Part shown: positions 40,248-54,259 of the stretch, one piece after another | Layout: the number at the start of each line of letters is the position of its first letter | How positions within the stretch are numbered: position 1 is the first letter of the stretch | Source: Eledone cirrhosa | Lineage: Eukaryota | DNA length: 64,000 nucleotides | Direction: 5' to 3' | Assembly: GCA_964016885.1 (NCBI GenBank) | Contig: CAXHJY010000750.1 | Span: 1 to 64,000, forward strand | Notes under the pieces: model-generated | Database searches by the model: none | What the model was told of the DNA's origin: nothing | The model's input: the letters and a program-made list of their open reading frames with translations, nothing else | Program-made: the position numbers and the translations under genes

Positions 40248-40321
40248 GAAGGAATGAAACAAAATAAAACAAACACAGCAATGCAAAATTAGTCTTATTA
40301 GGATCACACACACACTCATAC

Positions 40322-40415
<94 letters not shown>

Positions 40416-40505
40416 AATTAAGGATATATATATACATATATATAAATATACACACATATATATACAATATTAAATAAATGGAAACTATATTTATAAAACC
40501 ATATT

Positions 40506-40571
40506 TATTTCATTATATATATTTCGGGGATATCATATTAACAATATGCTATGCCTTCCTCAGACAAAATA
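40506..40571 (-). ncRNA. Minimal hammerhead motif, homolog of 13724-13789
   Basis: Minus strand TATTTTGT-CTGAGGA-AGGCATAGCATATT(GTT)AATATGATATCCCC-GAAA-TATATA-TA^-ATGAAATA; flanking homology about 13690-13830 vs 40465-40612. Confidence 0.75.
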
Positions 40572-40727
40572 CAATATAAACAGTTTTATAGACAAATAGA
40601 TTCGACATACCGTAATAACACCGACTTGCATTTGGAGAGGTTAAACATATATATATATATATAGTTGAAGGAATGAAGCAAAATAAAATAAAATACAGCG
40701 ATGCAAAATTATAAAGTCTTATTAGGA

Positions 40728-40795
<68 letters not shown>

Positions 40796-40952
40796 TGTGT
40801 GTGTGCAATTAAGGATGGTTTTCCGAAGGGGATCAGAAAGAAGCAATTGTTAAATATCGTATTCAATACATTAGTAGAGAAACATTCTTGATGATCTCAT
40901 GCGAATGAAACAGTTCTAGCTATGTAGAAGTCGTTTCTATAATATATATAAT

Positions 40953-41142
40953 AATTGTTTCTACTTTTGGCACAAGGCCAGTAATTATCCCAGTGTATTA
41001 CTGGTACTTTATATAATCGACCCCGTAAGGATGAAAGGCAAAGTTAACCTCGGTGGGATTTGAACTCCGATCATAAAGGGCCGTAACTCTTTGCTGCAAA
41101 GCATGGCGTCAGACCTTCTACCGATACTGCCAATCCACACCT
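40953..41142 (-). mobile_element. tRNA-derived SINE, family with CTTTGCCTTTCATCC...CGATAAAATAAAGTACCAGT core
   Basis: Related copies at about 50285-50465 (+), 51584-51750 (+), 56218-56385 (-) and 59722-59865 (-); B-box-like GAGTTCAAATCC. Confidence 0.75.
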
Positions 41143-41438
41143 TATAATATATATAATAATAGAGATAACTATAGTAGTATATCTTGTATTGAAAACCGGT
41201 ATATTAGCTCTCACTATTAAGGATAAGCTTTTGCAATCCAGAAATAGAAAATATCAGCGAAATACCCGATGCGCATAATGGAAGGAGATTTAAGTAAAAC
41301 ACGTAGATGCGACAAGAAATGCAAATTCTATGGAATAAACATCGAGGATGTCGGCTTATACATGCATTCATATACATATATATATGCAAACATGGTATAT
41401 ATATATATGTGTGTATCTATCTATCTATCTATCTATAT

Positions 41439-41469
<31 letters not shown>

Positions 41470-41616
41470 TAGTTGTTATATAGTAAGGTGTATTATTGGT
41501 TGTGTCAAACGGTCCAATAAAATTTTTGTTACCAATATTAAGTTCTCCACGCTTTTGTATATCTCCAATTCCATTTATGGGAACAGCTAGATGATGTAAA
41601 ACGGAGTATTTGTATC

Positions 41617-42562
41617 AAAATAAAGATCCGAAGGCATGGTATAAATTTCCAATCATTATAATCACGACACATGTTTCAATAAGAGATAGATCGATCGTGT
41701 AGCCATGATCGATTATCACTGATCTCGTCAGGTGAAAATGAATTGTCTTCAAATCCTTGATATTTGACGATGTAAATTGTCTTCAAATCCTTGATATTTA
41801 ACTATGTAAATTGGAAAAATTGGGTCAACCGCAATTCTTTTGGACAATACGGATGTATATACCATAACATACACTATTTGGAGATACGGATGTTACAATT
41901 CAATCTATACACGTATAGCAGAACATTGAACTGAACTTACTTGCGTGTGTATAGGGTTGCGGTTGACCCAATTTTTCCAATTTACATCGTCAAATTGAGA
42001 TTTGACCAATATAACATTTGCTGTTTTGTAAACTAACTTTCGGTGAATACTATGTTAGTATATTTGTATTTTTCTTTTTTCTTTAACCTCGTGTCGGGGT
42101 GTGTGAGTGTGTGTGTACTCACTCACACTAACTGTGACCGTCTATAGTTCTACAGATTTGATGCTGTGTTGGTATGTGTATATATATACTTTTTCTTTGA
42201 CCTCGCGTTATGTGTGTATGAGTGTGTGTGTACCCACTCACATTAACTGTGACCGACTGTAATTCTACAGATTTGATTGATGTCCAGCGTCTTTTACAGC
42301 TTTTGGGAGACTTGATAGTTTTATGACCCTAACTGAGGACGTTAGCAGTCGCCGTGTTTTGACTGCTTGATCTTCATATGAGGGACTAAACTCTGTGAGT
42401 GAACACCGTTAATTTCCCCCTCATATCAAGGATTTGAAGACAATTCATTTTCACCTGACGATATCAGTGATAATCGATCATGGTTACACGATCGATCTAT
42501 CTCTTATTGAAACATGTGTCGTGATTAAAATGATTGGAAATTTATACCATGCCTTCGGATCT

Positions 42563-42569
<7 letters not shown>
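41617..42569. mobile_element. Element bounded by ~147-bp inverted repeats, each containing a hammerhead (41662-41735 minus; 42451-42524 plus)
   Basis: TCAC-CTGACGA-(G/T)ATCAGTGATAATCGATC...GATCGATCTATCTCTTATT-GAA-ACA(TG)TGT-C^-GTGA; nested inverted repeat about 41804-41833 vs 41957-41987; ~120-bp tandem duplication at 42070-42280. Confidence 0.85.
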
Positions 42570-42605
<36 letters not shown>

Positions 42606-43415
42606 TATAAGCAGAACAAGCAAAATTCAACCAATTTTTTAAAAAAATTAAAAAATATAATTTAAATATTTACCTATTCATACACACACACACACGCACA
42701 TATTATGTGTGTGTGTGTGTGTGTGTATGTGTAAAGTAAAAGTGGAAACAGCACGGAAGTATATTTAAAGCATCTTTTTTTCTTTTTTTCTTTAACTCGA
42801 CACTCGACAGAGCAAGAATTTTTTTTTTAAAGGAAGTTTCACGAAATATTTCCGATTTCGATAAGTAAATTCATCTCATCAAATATTAAATTAATAAAAG
42901 TCAAAGATTAAAAGTTGAAAAATTGAAAGTTGAAAGAAGTCGCTCCATTTCTGTGCAATGAGAATATCTGGGTTTAGCTAGAAGAATTATTCTTTATATA
43001 TACTGGTCTCTGTATTGGTGGGGTAGTGGGATTTCAACAGTTGGTCAAAATTAAATTGAATTTTTTTTACGAGAAAGTTTGTGTGTGTGTGTGTGTGTGT
43101 GTGTCTATTGTATCAAGTGAGTGAATAGTGTGGTATATAGTGGTCAGAAGTTCGAGTTTTTTTGTGGGTTGAAAGGAAGACAAGAAATCAGAATTTGTCA
43201 AAGATCTATTTTTGGAGTAATGGTTGTTTTTGAAAAAGACTATACAATGTTTCTTTTGTTTCATGGTATGTGTGTATGTGTGCGTGTGTGAGCGTATATA
43301 TATATATATGCATATATATAAAGAGGCCGTTAGCCCCCCCCCCCCCCGGTCTTCGCATAGCTACGGCTTCCTAAATCGTATTTCTTTCGAAATACGAAAT
43401 TTCTATACACACACG

Positions 43416-43449
<34 letters not shown>

Positions 43450-43469
43450 AATATATATATAAATATATA

Positions 43470-44218
43470 TCTACTATATAAATTAGAAATCGTCGGTCGT
43501 TGTATATTTAAGTAAGTAAGTGTAGTCAGATAAACGTCGAAACGGCTTGGTAGAATGCAGCGAAAATTTACACAGTTATGCAGAATGATCCGAGGAGACG
43601 TTGGGTCGACTTTTAGGGTACACGCTTCCATGGTTACGGAGAAAATCATGAAACAGGAATTTCCCATTCAAATTGAACTGAGAGTAATCTGTGCACGCAG
43701 AAGTAAATATTTCGAGAAACGTTCCAACCGAAGGAAAACAGGAAGACGATATTTTGGTTCGTAAAGACGTTCCCTGGCAATGAACGAAAAAAAAAGCGAT
43801 GATAATACGTCGTTATGTGGAACGAAAAGAAGAATTTCATGCAAAGACAAGACCAAGTTTATGGTATAAATGGAGTGGTTAGACTAATATTCTATTTAAC
43901 ATAACAGAATGATTTCCAGCCCCGGAGTTTAAGAATAATGTAAATAAAATTGAAAACGAAAATGACAGAGGTTATTAAAATAGTAAAAGTAAATAGTGAA
44001 GATTTAGGCCAGATTTGGGCTACGTTTTTCCTACAGATGAATGTGAACTCTCAGAATTGGCACATATTGAGTAGGGGACCCCTGGGGGCCGGAACCCTCT
44101 TTTGGAAAAAGCCGATGATTTTGTAAAAGTATAGTTTTCGAAGTAGCACTGAAGTATTGACATAAATGGTATACACAACTGCTATTTAATACCCGAGAAA
44201 CACCGGGTACCTCTGCTA

Positions 44219-44219
<1 letters not shown>
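43470..44219 (+). mobile_element. Non-autonomous Helitron (750 bp)
   Basis: A|TCTACTATATAA 5' end; 3' hairpin TACCCG(AGAAACAC)CGGGTA followed by CTAG|T; no target duplication. Confidence 0.85.
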
Positions 44220-44284
<65 letters not shown>

Positions 44285-45764
44285 ACTATAATAATCGAAT
44301 AAAATGGGTAAAATATCCCTGGAGACGGAAAAAAGGTGAACAGATACGTATGCAAGGAGAGACGCATCTCTCGTCTGCCGAGTAACCGCATTTCTCCATT
44401 GCACATTTCTGTCCACTTTCCCCCGTCTCCATGAATATATGTGTGCATGTATATTAAGGTGTTCCATTTTGCAAACCATTCGCCAATCCTCTCATGTCGA
44501 TTACACCCGTATTTGGATTGATGAATTAACGAAATATACCGAATTATAGGTCAATCGAATAATATTTAGAGGTGGCATACTTTCACATGTTGTATTTATG
44601 ACGATGTTTCGGACCTGCCCTGCGGTATATTGTTCTTTCTATTTACTTTACTGAATCCAACGAGGAAGCCACACGGCAGAACGAAATGAAATGAAAATAC
44701 GCAGGAGGAAAATATTCTAAATACATAATAATATTGGAGTTAAATACAGAAATACTTTTAATGAACGAAATGTCCCCCCCCCCCCCCCGGGGTCTTGTTG
44801 AAATGATAATAAGCAGTCAAACGAATCGAAAATAAGCAGAAAGAACAACTTAATCTTACACCACGATGATTTTGGAGTTAAAGAGAGAAACACTTTTTAT
44901 GAATGAAATTTATAACCAGAAACGAATTTTTCTAGCTCTCTCGGCTCACATGGTATAAGCTTAAGTTGTTCTTTGAACAGAATTATATTGATTGCCTTAT
45001 ATGGCATTAGCCATTCAACAAGCCTGGTGGTAAGCTCCTGGGACCGAGAAGGAGAACTGAGGAGATGGCCAACCACCAAGATAGAGAAAGGAGAGCTTTA
45101 TGAACTCGGCATAGTCTTCTCGGGGATGATCTTCAGAGTAGTACAGTCAGTAGATATTCAAGCATTTCCTCACTCTTTTGCTTGTAAAAATCTTCCATGG
45201 GCTCATCATCGCCCAGTATAGTTTGATAATGAGACTTATCGATGGGATACCGGGACCAGATTATGGGAAAAAATCTCGAAGACATTTTTCCAAATCAGTT
45301 CAAGAATTTAATGGCGGCAACACAAGTGATTTTTTCAGAGCTGCTTAAAAATTTCGTATTAGCATGCTGGTGTTACTGGCGGTGCTGTTGAAGGACATAC
45401 AAATTATTCTATCCTCAACTTTGAGTCATTGAATTTCCCTCATAACAACTTCAACGACTTATCGTCCGCTTTCATCTTTTGCAATTGGAACACATAAGAG
45501 CTCCTCCTTTCTTTTTCCTGTAATTAAAACTGTAAAACTGTTATCCAATGTTCCTGCGTGGGTATTTGGGAAGCTGATTCTCCATCCTAGTGGAAGACTA
45601 GTCAGAACCTATCTTCAGGTGGGAAAGCAGATAACTCTCATGGCGCCTGGTTCTTGCTCGATAAACAGTTGAGACACACCATGACCAAGACTCTTCGCAA
45701 TTGCAATGTGAGAAGTACTTACTTGTCGTACTGATAGTTTCTCCCATTCCCACGTTGCAATAAT

Positions 45765-46250
45765 ATAAAAAATTAGCGAAAAGGAGAATATCTATGCAGA
45801 ACTAATGAGAAATCTGCAGATACTCCACCCTGACTATACCATCGGGCTTATACATGTGATTATTGAGGCACTGGGATATGTTAGTAACTGCCTCAGTACA
45901 AATCTTGAGAAGCTGTGTTTCACAGAAACAGAAAGAACACAACTAGTTAGGAAATTACAAGTACAATCCATTAATAGAACAGTAAAAATATGTAAAACAT
46001 TCCAAAACTTATGCATCTAATAACTGCATATACACATGTACAGATACAAAGCATATACACATGTAACTAAAAATATACACATTGACACATACAATAACAT
46101 CCATACCTGCACACACACGCAGACATGCATACATATCTACCTAGTTGATGTTGTGTAAAGCCCAATGAGAGAGAGTCTTGTATCTATGTTAGAAACCGAC
46201 TCTCTCTCTGTATTGGTAAACATTTATAAAATTATAACACCAGAAGAACA
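45765..46250 (+). mobile_element. R4/Dong-like LINE 3' fragment
   Basis: MRNLQILHPDY...LVRKLQVQSI matches 39572-39763; shared 3' UTR. Confidence 0.85.
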
Positions 46251-47516
46251 TATATACATATATCAATACTTGATGGTTTTTGACTCAGAGCAGAATATGA
46301 GTGACCATTGTAGATCTTGTAACCTTTCGTGATCTTGAATGAGTTTCATATTGTACGAAATATGTATTCATGAAATACATTCACCCGTCCACCTTTCTAT
46401 ACATTTATCCACCTAACTATACGAAACTTTACGTCTATTTATCCTGGTCTAATGACAAATATTGCAAGTACGTAGACATTGGGAACAATGCCGTTCATAG
46501 TGGCATTATAAATACTAATGAAATAATGGAAGATTTTGTATTCAGTCAGTACATTAAGAAGTAAAAGCGTTGAGTCAGGTGCATAACACCTATACTCACA
46601 AATCTAGACATAGTAAGAGTAAGGGAAATAAATAATTTGAATGCAAAAGTGCTCTGTGAAGCTTACGTGCACCAGGACCGACACATCTGAACAGAAACTT
46701 GGATAAATACAAATAACAATAAAAAAGAAAACAATCGGTATATCTACATAAGTTCTATGTACAGCACCATACCTAAATGTTATTAGATAACAGTCACATA
46801 GACAAAGCGAAAGACCTCTTTTGAAGCATTATAGTCATATAAATGCCTATTTAGAAAGATATACTTTCACTATTTAGATTACAGCCATCAAATACCTGAT
46901 AAAATTTCTTTTTTTTTAATGGCAAAGAGTACCAAACCAGTAAAGAAGTTATCATCGAAATAACCAGTAACAGTTTCAAAATGTTTTCAATCTATCCACG
47001 TTTTATGACGTAAGACGAAGGAGAAAGAATAAAATAAAGCACTGTGCTATCTGAAGGTAATAACAATAATAGGATTCTAAGACAGTAAAAAGTAGAAAAA
47101 ATAAAATAATAGAGAAGCCTTCTGACAAAAACACCAAGGTATAGTAAGCACAACAAACTCAATATTATTCCATTTGGTTAAGAACAAAAGTGATACATTA
47201 TTGGGATGTTTTGCTGCTCAGCATATATAAACGAAGTGTATGAAGTGAAAAATATTCGTTTCGCCAGAAGAAAGTCAACATCACATTAGCGTATGGTCAG
47301 TATATCAGTGAATAATAAGTTCCCACGTACTTTCATCAAGTACATAATAAAAAGTGACCGAGCACCCTCCAAATTTGAGGACATTGAACGTTCTGATTAG
47401 AGTTGTATACCCAACCAGTTTATAATAATTTTAAATTGTCCTTAACTTGTTGCATAAAAATCGGAAATTCAGCATAAAAATGGTTCTGTCTCTACTGATT
47501 TCAAAAGAAATGTTGA

Positions 47517-48385
47517 CATATTTTTACTGTTCCATTAATGGATTGTACTTGTAATTTTCTAACTAAGCGTGTTCTTTCTGTTTCTGCGAAGCCTAGCTTT
47601 TCAAAATTTTTACTGAGGCAGTTACTAACATATCCCAGTGCGCAATAATCGCAGGTATAAATCTGAATGTATAGTCAGGGTGGAGTAACTGTAGATTTCT
47701 CATTAGTTCTGCATCGATATTCTCCTTTTCGCTAATCTTTAATATTATATTAGCATCTGTTGGGCAGCTAACCTCCACTACTGTGCATGCCTTCTTTTGC
47801 TTGTCCCATATCATTATACCTGGTCTGTTATGGCTGCATTTTATTGGGGCTTTTACTGGAACATTCCACCAGTACTCTTTCATATTATGTATGTATATGT
47901 CTTCCATATTGCTGTAACTTTTAATATGTTAATTGTCGGGGATATCCTTTCTACGGATTGCATTGTACAGTGTTTTGGCCACTACATCATGTCTCATAGG
48001 CAAATAGTACCGTGATGACATCTTTGGACAGCTGCTTATGATATGAGTGACATCATCGATGTTAATTCCGCAGATTCTGCATTTGTTGTTAAATCTAGGT
48101 GTTTTGCCTGCATCCCTATTGTGAATCAGGTATTTTTTGTCCTGTTCTTGGATTGCAAAAGCATATCCTTCAAAATGGGAGCCAATATAGCGGTTGTTGG
48201 TCCAAGATAGATTACTTTGCTTATCTATATTACTCTCACTCTGGCGTTTCCAGGTAACATATCTATGCATAATGTTTTGCTGATAAGCATGCAGTTTTTC
48301 ATCCATGGATTCACTGCGGTATTGATGGGCAATTTCCCGGGGTGTGAGTTTTTGATTATCAAACAGGGAGTATCTTTCAAGGGGT
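47517..48385 (-). mobile_element. R4/Dong-like LINE fragment (CCHC + restriction-like endonuclease)
   Basis: AIQEQ, CRICGINIDDVTHIISSC, RHDVVAK, HNRPGIMIWDK..VVEVSCP. Confidence 0.88.
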
Positions 48386-51289
48386 TTTAACCTTTATCTC
48401 ACAATTTAAAAAATAAATTTAGGGCACCTTTATAGTATATGCTACAGGCTCCACATTAAGCTAATCCAGCACAATTTAGTTAAGTGCACCACTTAACTAT
48501 CAAAACTACTATTACAATAGACCGACACCCTATTCTGTGAGCTTAGAGCTTCATAGTATAGAGCTTAACAGTATGGAGCTTAACAGTAACGCTTCATAGT
48601 ATGGAGCTGTATAGTGCTGTGAAAATAAGCTTAAGTGTCCTTTCGGCATATATTACAACAACGATCTTTACTACTGATAGAGTTTACTACTGATAGAACT
48701 TCGGATTATGTTAGTTTACATTATCATATACTTTTCTTTGAAAACGTACAAATTAGTTGTTTTGCTTTAAGATATATGTTTTCAGATTTAGCAGTAATAC
48801 ATATGATTAAAAATATGAATCGATAATTTGATTATACTGTGTATTGTTGAAAAACCTCAGTGAAATTTTTGAAGGGTTTCTACTCATGTAATGGATTTAT
48901 TTACCATGCTCTCTTTAAGCGAATCTATTCCACTAAATTACTACTAATATATTTGAATAAGTCCTACACCAGCTTTACTCCAAATGGTTACATCAGAACT
49001 ATTGTTTTGAATTCTTTTTTAGGGATCACGGGTGAACGACATAGAAGATCAGGTAAATTTTAGATGATCGAAGTAGTGCTAAAGGTTATTAGGTTAATGG
49101 GAACATCGGTTTTGTACTTGCTTCATTGTTACATTATAAATTTAACCAGTCTTTTATATAAAACTATATTTGTGTATCAGAATTTAGATACTTAAACTAT
49201 TACAAATAGAAAATTACATCTCTATAAATCAATGTTCATGTAGTTTTAATATAATTTATAACTAACTATAATTAGTTATCCGCATACCGTTTAGATGTAT
49301 ACATTTTAAGACTTGTTTAACGCTTACATAGATGAAATAGAAAAAACTTACAAACACATCATTCCCACAATCAATCAGTCATTCAATTCATGAGTCAATC
49401 AATTTGTCTATTCTCACATAGAACAAGTCAAGGCAATATAATACTGAACCATTATGTTAACATGTACTGGCCAGCTGATTTCAACTACTGTACACAACAT
49501 ATTAGTTTTGTCTAACGTTCTGATAAGAAATACCAATAAGCTCAATTTTGCATTTCATTCCTTTCGAATCAAGAAAATTATGTATAAATTATATAATGAC
49601 GTAAATTCTATTAGTGACTCCCAACTCTTACAGATTTGTGTCACAACAAAATATTATTAATCTGAATGGAGATACCAATGTCACTTTCTGGATCGTTCTG
49701 GAACCAATAGAGTTGATGTTCAAAAATGAAGAATCATACATTGTTAAAAATCTTCAAGTCCATTCATGCCTTAAAATCACGTAAAAAATAATTGTAAACC
49801 AGCTGTGTTAATCAGTTTATCGTGGATAATTTTCAATCTAATAAGATAATTGTTGATGAAGAAGTGAGCAGAATACAAATGAGTTTGGGGTTGTATTGAT
49901 CACATCTGAATAAAGAAAGCTATATACTGCGACAACTAGCAAGCTGTTGAATTAATAGGGTGCATATGTACCAGCCAAACGACCACTTATAAATATTTCG
50001 TTACCACACACTTTCGCTGTGTTTATGGCAAACTGTAAATAAATAATATGAATTGTACAATCCACTCTTATCTATAACTGGTTGTATTGTTCAATTGATG
50101 AGTTTTTTTCTTGGCCGACAGAGTTGACTTCAAATCTTCCCATGAGTATAGGGTGGATATATATATTTATACACACAAGGAATAAAATGGTGATCCAGCG
50201 AACTAGTATAATTCTTAGTCTGTGATTTTATAAAATATTATGTGTAGAAACTTAACCAACATAACAGTGATATATTTGAATTACGGTAGTAAGTTGCATC
50301 TCCATTTACGTTCTGAGTTCAAATCTCGCTGAGGTCAACTTTGTATTTCATCCATCCGGTGTCCATAAACTAAGTACCAAGTACCAATCAACTATTTAGG
50401 GTTGATCTAATCGACTATACTCTCACACAAAATGTATAGTTTTGTGCCTATGCTAGAAATCAATATTAATTCAGATAAATTACCATTAAAAATGTGGAGC
50501 ATTAAATAGGTTGTAATAATATTGTCTTTGTTATATCAGATCCTCCCTTTTTGAGATTAAATACAAATCTAATAAACAACTTCATTCCGGTTTCCGATAT
50601 AGGTACCAAACTTCAGACATGAAAGGGGGTAATGGAAGATTCTATTATAATTATGCCAATTCTTGGTGCTTATCTTAAATCATTTTAATTTTTCAAGTAA
50701 TTCAAATTCAATGGTAAATTTTATTTCAGTTTTTTATTTTGTTTGTTAAAACTTCCCTGTCAAGTTCTCCTTTGCAATCGATTGAACGATCATGATACTA
50801 AGTTTCGGATTTAAACTGACACTGGTCACGAAGAAATAGATGGCTAAGTTAAAATTTTAAAAAATTGATTATGAAAGCTAATAATAAAGCCAGGTGCGGT
50901 AGCGAGAATGGTTTTTGTTTTCTTGCAATAACGATATTGACACGAAATAAATAAATAAAAGAGAAAAAAAAAATACTAAATAAAACAATGATTAAATCAT
51001 AATTAATTCGAAAAGCATAACAAATATCTCAATGTCAACGCAAACTAACTGTGAGAAGCAAACATCAGAACTGTGACTATTTGTGTGAGGAAAGAAATGG
51101 TAAAGCCATGAAAGTAAACTCGCAGTGATTGTAAATACTTCAGAAAGGAAAATGTGAAACTTCAATGTTAGCTTTTGACTAGAGATTTCCTTTACATATA
51201 GTAATACATTTTCTGTGAATGAGAAACATATGCTTCAAAAATGTTCAGGGGATAATGAAAAAATGGTTAATGGGTATGTGTAAGTTACA

Positions 51290-51520
51290 TGGTCGGATGG
51301 TAAATGAATTTGCATAGCAATAATTAGGTTGCGAGTTCGATCCCACTACGTGGCATTCTTAGTCAAATGTCATTTATTATAGTTTCGGGTCGACCATGAG
51401 ATAGAATGTATCTGTCCTTTAAAGGACTAGCCATGTGACGTTGAATATCACTGAGAACTACGCTAAGGAAACATGTGTCTGTGGAATGCTCAGCTATTTT
51501 TTCATTAATTTCATGGGCAG
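51290..51520 (+). mobile_element. tRNA-derived SINE relic (related copy about 55450-55930 minus, interrupted)
   Basis: A-box-like GGATGGTAA and B-box GAGTTCGATCCC; the minus-strand copy has GGTGGTTAAG and GGTTCGATCTC. Confidence 0.55.
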
Positions 51521-51583
51521 ATTGTTTAGAAACCCATTTCATTTTTGATGTTGAATTGCTATAATTGTTATTGCTGTAAAGTT

Positions 51584-51750
51584 AGGGCAGTGGATTGGCA
51601 GAGATGTTTGAGCGTCGGATAAAAGTTTTGTTACGGGTCTTTAAGTTCTGGGTTCTAATCTCGCCGAAGTCAACTTTGCCTTTCATCCTTTCGGGAGTCG
51701 ATAAAATAAAGTACCAGTCAAGTACTGAGGTTGATTTAATCGATTTTCTC
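51584..51750 (+). mobile_element. tRNA-derived SINE
   Basis: TGGCAGAG A-box-like and GGGTTCTAATC B-box-like motifs; family core shared with 40953-41142. Confidence 0.75.
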
Positions 51751-51840
51751 TTTCAATGAGCCAGAATTAGAATTAATTACAGCTGTTAAGTACCTTCTTT
51801 AGTGTGTTACATACCGCAAGCAAAACAGTCTAGAGTTATA

Positions 51841-52902
51841 CAAGGTTTGTCCCCAAAGGAAGGGTACTGATTTTGCTATGTACGACATAGTAACACAGAA
51901 CCTCTTTGATTCATGTATATAGACGTGTTGGTTATGACATTGGCTGTATGTACATACTGTTTCAACATGATCGACTGAGTCAGTCGTGAACTATTGATGT
52001 TTATGTACATACGTGTTTATAACCTCTGTTATGTTTGCGATGCAGGAAAATATCGAACAACGGTACGCGATTAAATATTTTGTGTGAAACTCAACAAATC
52101 ACCCACCAAAACATTTAATTCTTTAACACAAGCTTATGGAGATGCCACTCTGTCGAGAAGTAAGGTTTTTAAGTGGCACAAAGTTTTCAAAGAGGACCGA
52201 GAAAATGTTGATGACGAACCTCGTTCTGAAAGGCCAATCTCGTCAACAAATACACAAAATGTGGAAGTGGATAGAGTAAGAACTTTATCATGGGTGGTTC
52301 GAGTACGATCCAGAGACAAAACGGCAAAGTGAGGAATGGCATGCGAAAAATTCTCCTCGTCCGAAGAAAGCACGCATGAGCAGATCCAGGGTGAAAACCA
52401 TGATTTTTTTGGACAGCTGTGGTATTGTTCACAAAGAGTTTTTACCTCCAGGTCAGACAGTTAAGGGTAACTCCTCCAAAGATGTCTTGGAACGACTTCG
52501 AAAACGGGTCGAGCGAGCCTGAAAGGACATTGCGGGAGATTGGGTACTGTACCACGATAAGGCGCCTGCTTACACATCACTTTCAATTATAGAATTTCTT
52601 TTCCACATCCTCCCTACAGCCAAGATCTAACTCCATGGGATTTCTACTTCTTCCTTAAGTTGAAATCGAAGTAGAAGGGTTAGTATTTTGTGACGTGGAA
52701 AATATACAAAAATTGTAACCGACGACTGGAGGACATTCACAGAAAATTACTTCCGGTACTCCTACGCTCAATGAAAAAAAGGTTGGAACCATTGTGTCAC
52801 TTTCCAATGGTCGTATTTTGAAGGAGATAACTTATAATTTCATATACGTCTAATATACATTTAAATAAAACACCAGTACTCTTACTTTTGAGACAAACCT
52901 CG
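51841..52902 (+). mobile_element. Decayed mariner (Tc1/mariner) transposon with internal deletion
   Basis: TIRs CAAGGTTTGTCCCCAAAGGAAGGGTACTG / CAGTACTCTTACTTTTGAGACAAACCTCG with TA on the left; remnants EQRYAIK, AYGDATLSRSKVFKWHKVFKE..DDEPRS, HDKAP, PHPPYSQDL. Confidence 0.93.
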
Positions 52903-53524
52903 CGTAGTATCTATGCTGCTTAAATTACAGATTAATATTATGCACAAAATTGCACCAATAATACTGTAAAAGATTTTACAAAAAAATAAAAGCTTGCCAT
53001 TGTAAATGATTTGATCTTCTTAGAATCCACTATACGATAAGTAAACATAGTCGGATGATTATCAAACATTATCGATATTTTGCACGTTCTATTATCAATA
53101 GAATATTTTTATTTCAAATTATCAATCGAATGTTCGAAATATTAAAACATATATGACAGATTCATTGTGGGAAATTCATTTATATTCTGTGCTGTCTTTT
53201 GATCACTTTTTGGTTTTAATCAAAATATTATCATAGTTATGGAATGTTAGATTGGATATATTAATTGTATAACTGAACTGAACTCCGGATAAATAACTGA
53301 ACAGAACTGAATTAGGATAAATAAAATTTATGCTAGTAATAGACTGGGATCAGGTATCAGTGAAGTATTGGGGCTGATTTAATCAACTTTGTCCTTCTCC
53401 CAAATTTGGTGGTCTTGTACCTAAATTAGAAATCAACATACTGAGATCAAATCATGTTTTCCTTATAAAATTGAAAAGAAACCAATACAATTAGTATCAA
53501 TATGGTAGTTGAATATATATATAC

Positions 53525-53620
<96 letters not shown>

Positions 53621-54140
53621 TGGAAGGTTAGTAAAATCGAAGCTTTGGCTGTGGCTAAGCAAAGTCAACCTACAATAGGAATGAGTTAGCAAAGCACTCA
53701 ATAAGGGTAGGTCCTTAGAGTAATAACATACGTATAAATACCTTGACAAATTGAACATTGCGGTAGGCAAAACCCAACCACACAATACCAAAGTAACGAA
53801 AGAACTAACAAGTTAAATATATATATATATATATTAATAATTATTTGCTTAATTAATTTTTTCATAGAGCCACACCGTCGAAGCTAGCCACACTCATATA
53901 TGGATCTGTGACTATGTTTAAATATATACATATATATTCTTATGAATTTATTTTATACTCCCTTTCAGTTGAGTAAACCTTAGGCGGAAACTAACTGCTC
54001 CTTCTAGCAGTGAGCCTACCTGCCATCCGGCCTACTCTTCACACCCTTCTACTTTGACCGCTAGCCACGTGATGCTTTTCACCCCATTTTAATTCATTTC
54101 TGGCGGCGATCACTGTAGAAATGTTAGTCCTACCGAGGGA

Positions 54141-54226
54141 GTCTCTTGAGAAGCTCGAAGCCTCATGGATAATACCAGGATTGGACATATCCACAAAGTA
54201 CAAGCGAAACTATCGATAGTCGGGAC
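54141..54226 (+). ncRNA. Hammerhead motif with U3-A8 core and 12-nt palindromic stem III
   Basis: GTCTC-TTGAGAA-GCT..TGGATA..TATCCA..AGC-GAA-ACTAT(CG)ATAGT-C^-GGGAC. Confidence 0.72.
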
Positions 54227-54259
54227 TAGAAGAACTTTGGTAAAGTTTATATACATTTT

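Noticed and set aside
40886-40925. TTGATGA...GAAACAGTTC motif
   Set aside because: Weak stem II and no stem I.
44930-45760. GC-richer stretch, possibly a decayed retroelement coding region
   Set aside because: No recognisable motif could be read by eye; needs BLASTx.
48400-51280. Short ORFs (60-70 aa) in AT-rich sequence
   Set aside because: No motifs and lengths expected by chance; small host exons cannot be excluded without transcript data.
53738-53812. TTGACAA...CGAAAGAACTA hammerhead-like motif
   Set aside because: No convincing stem I.
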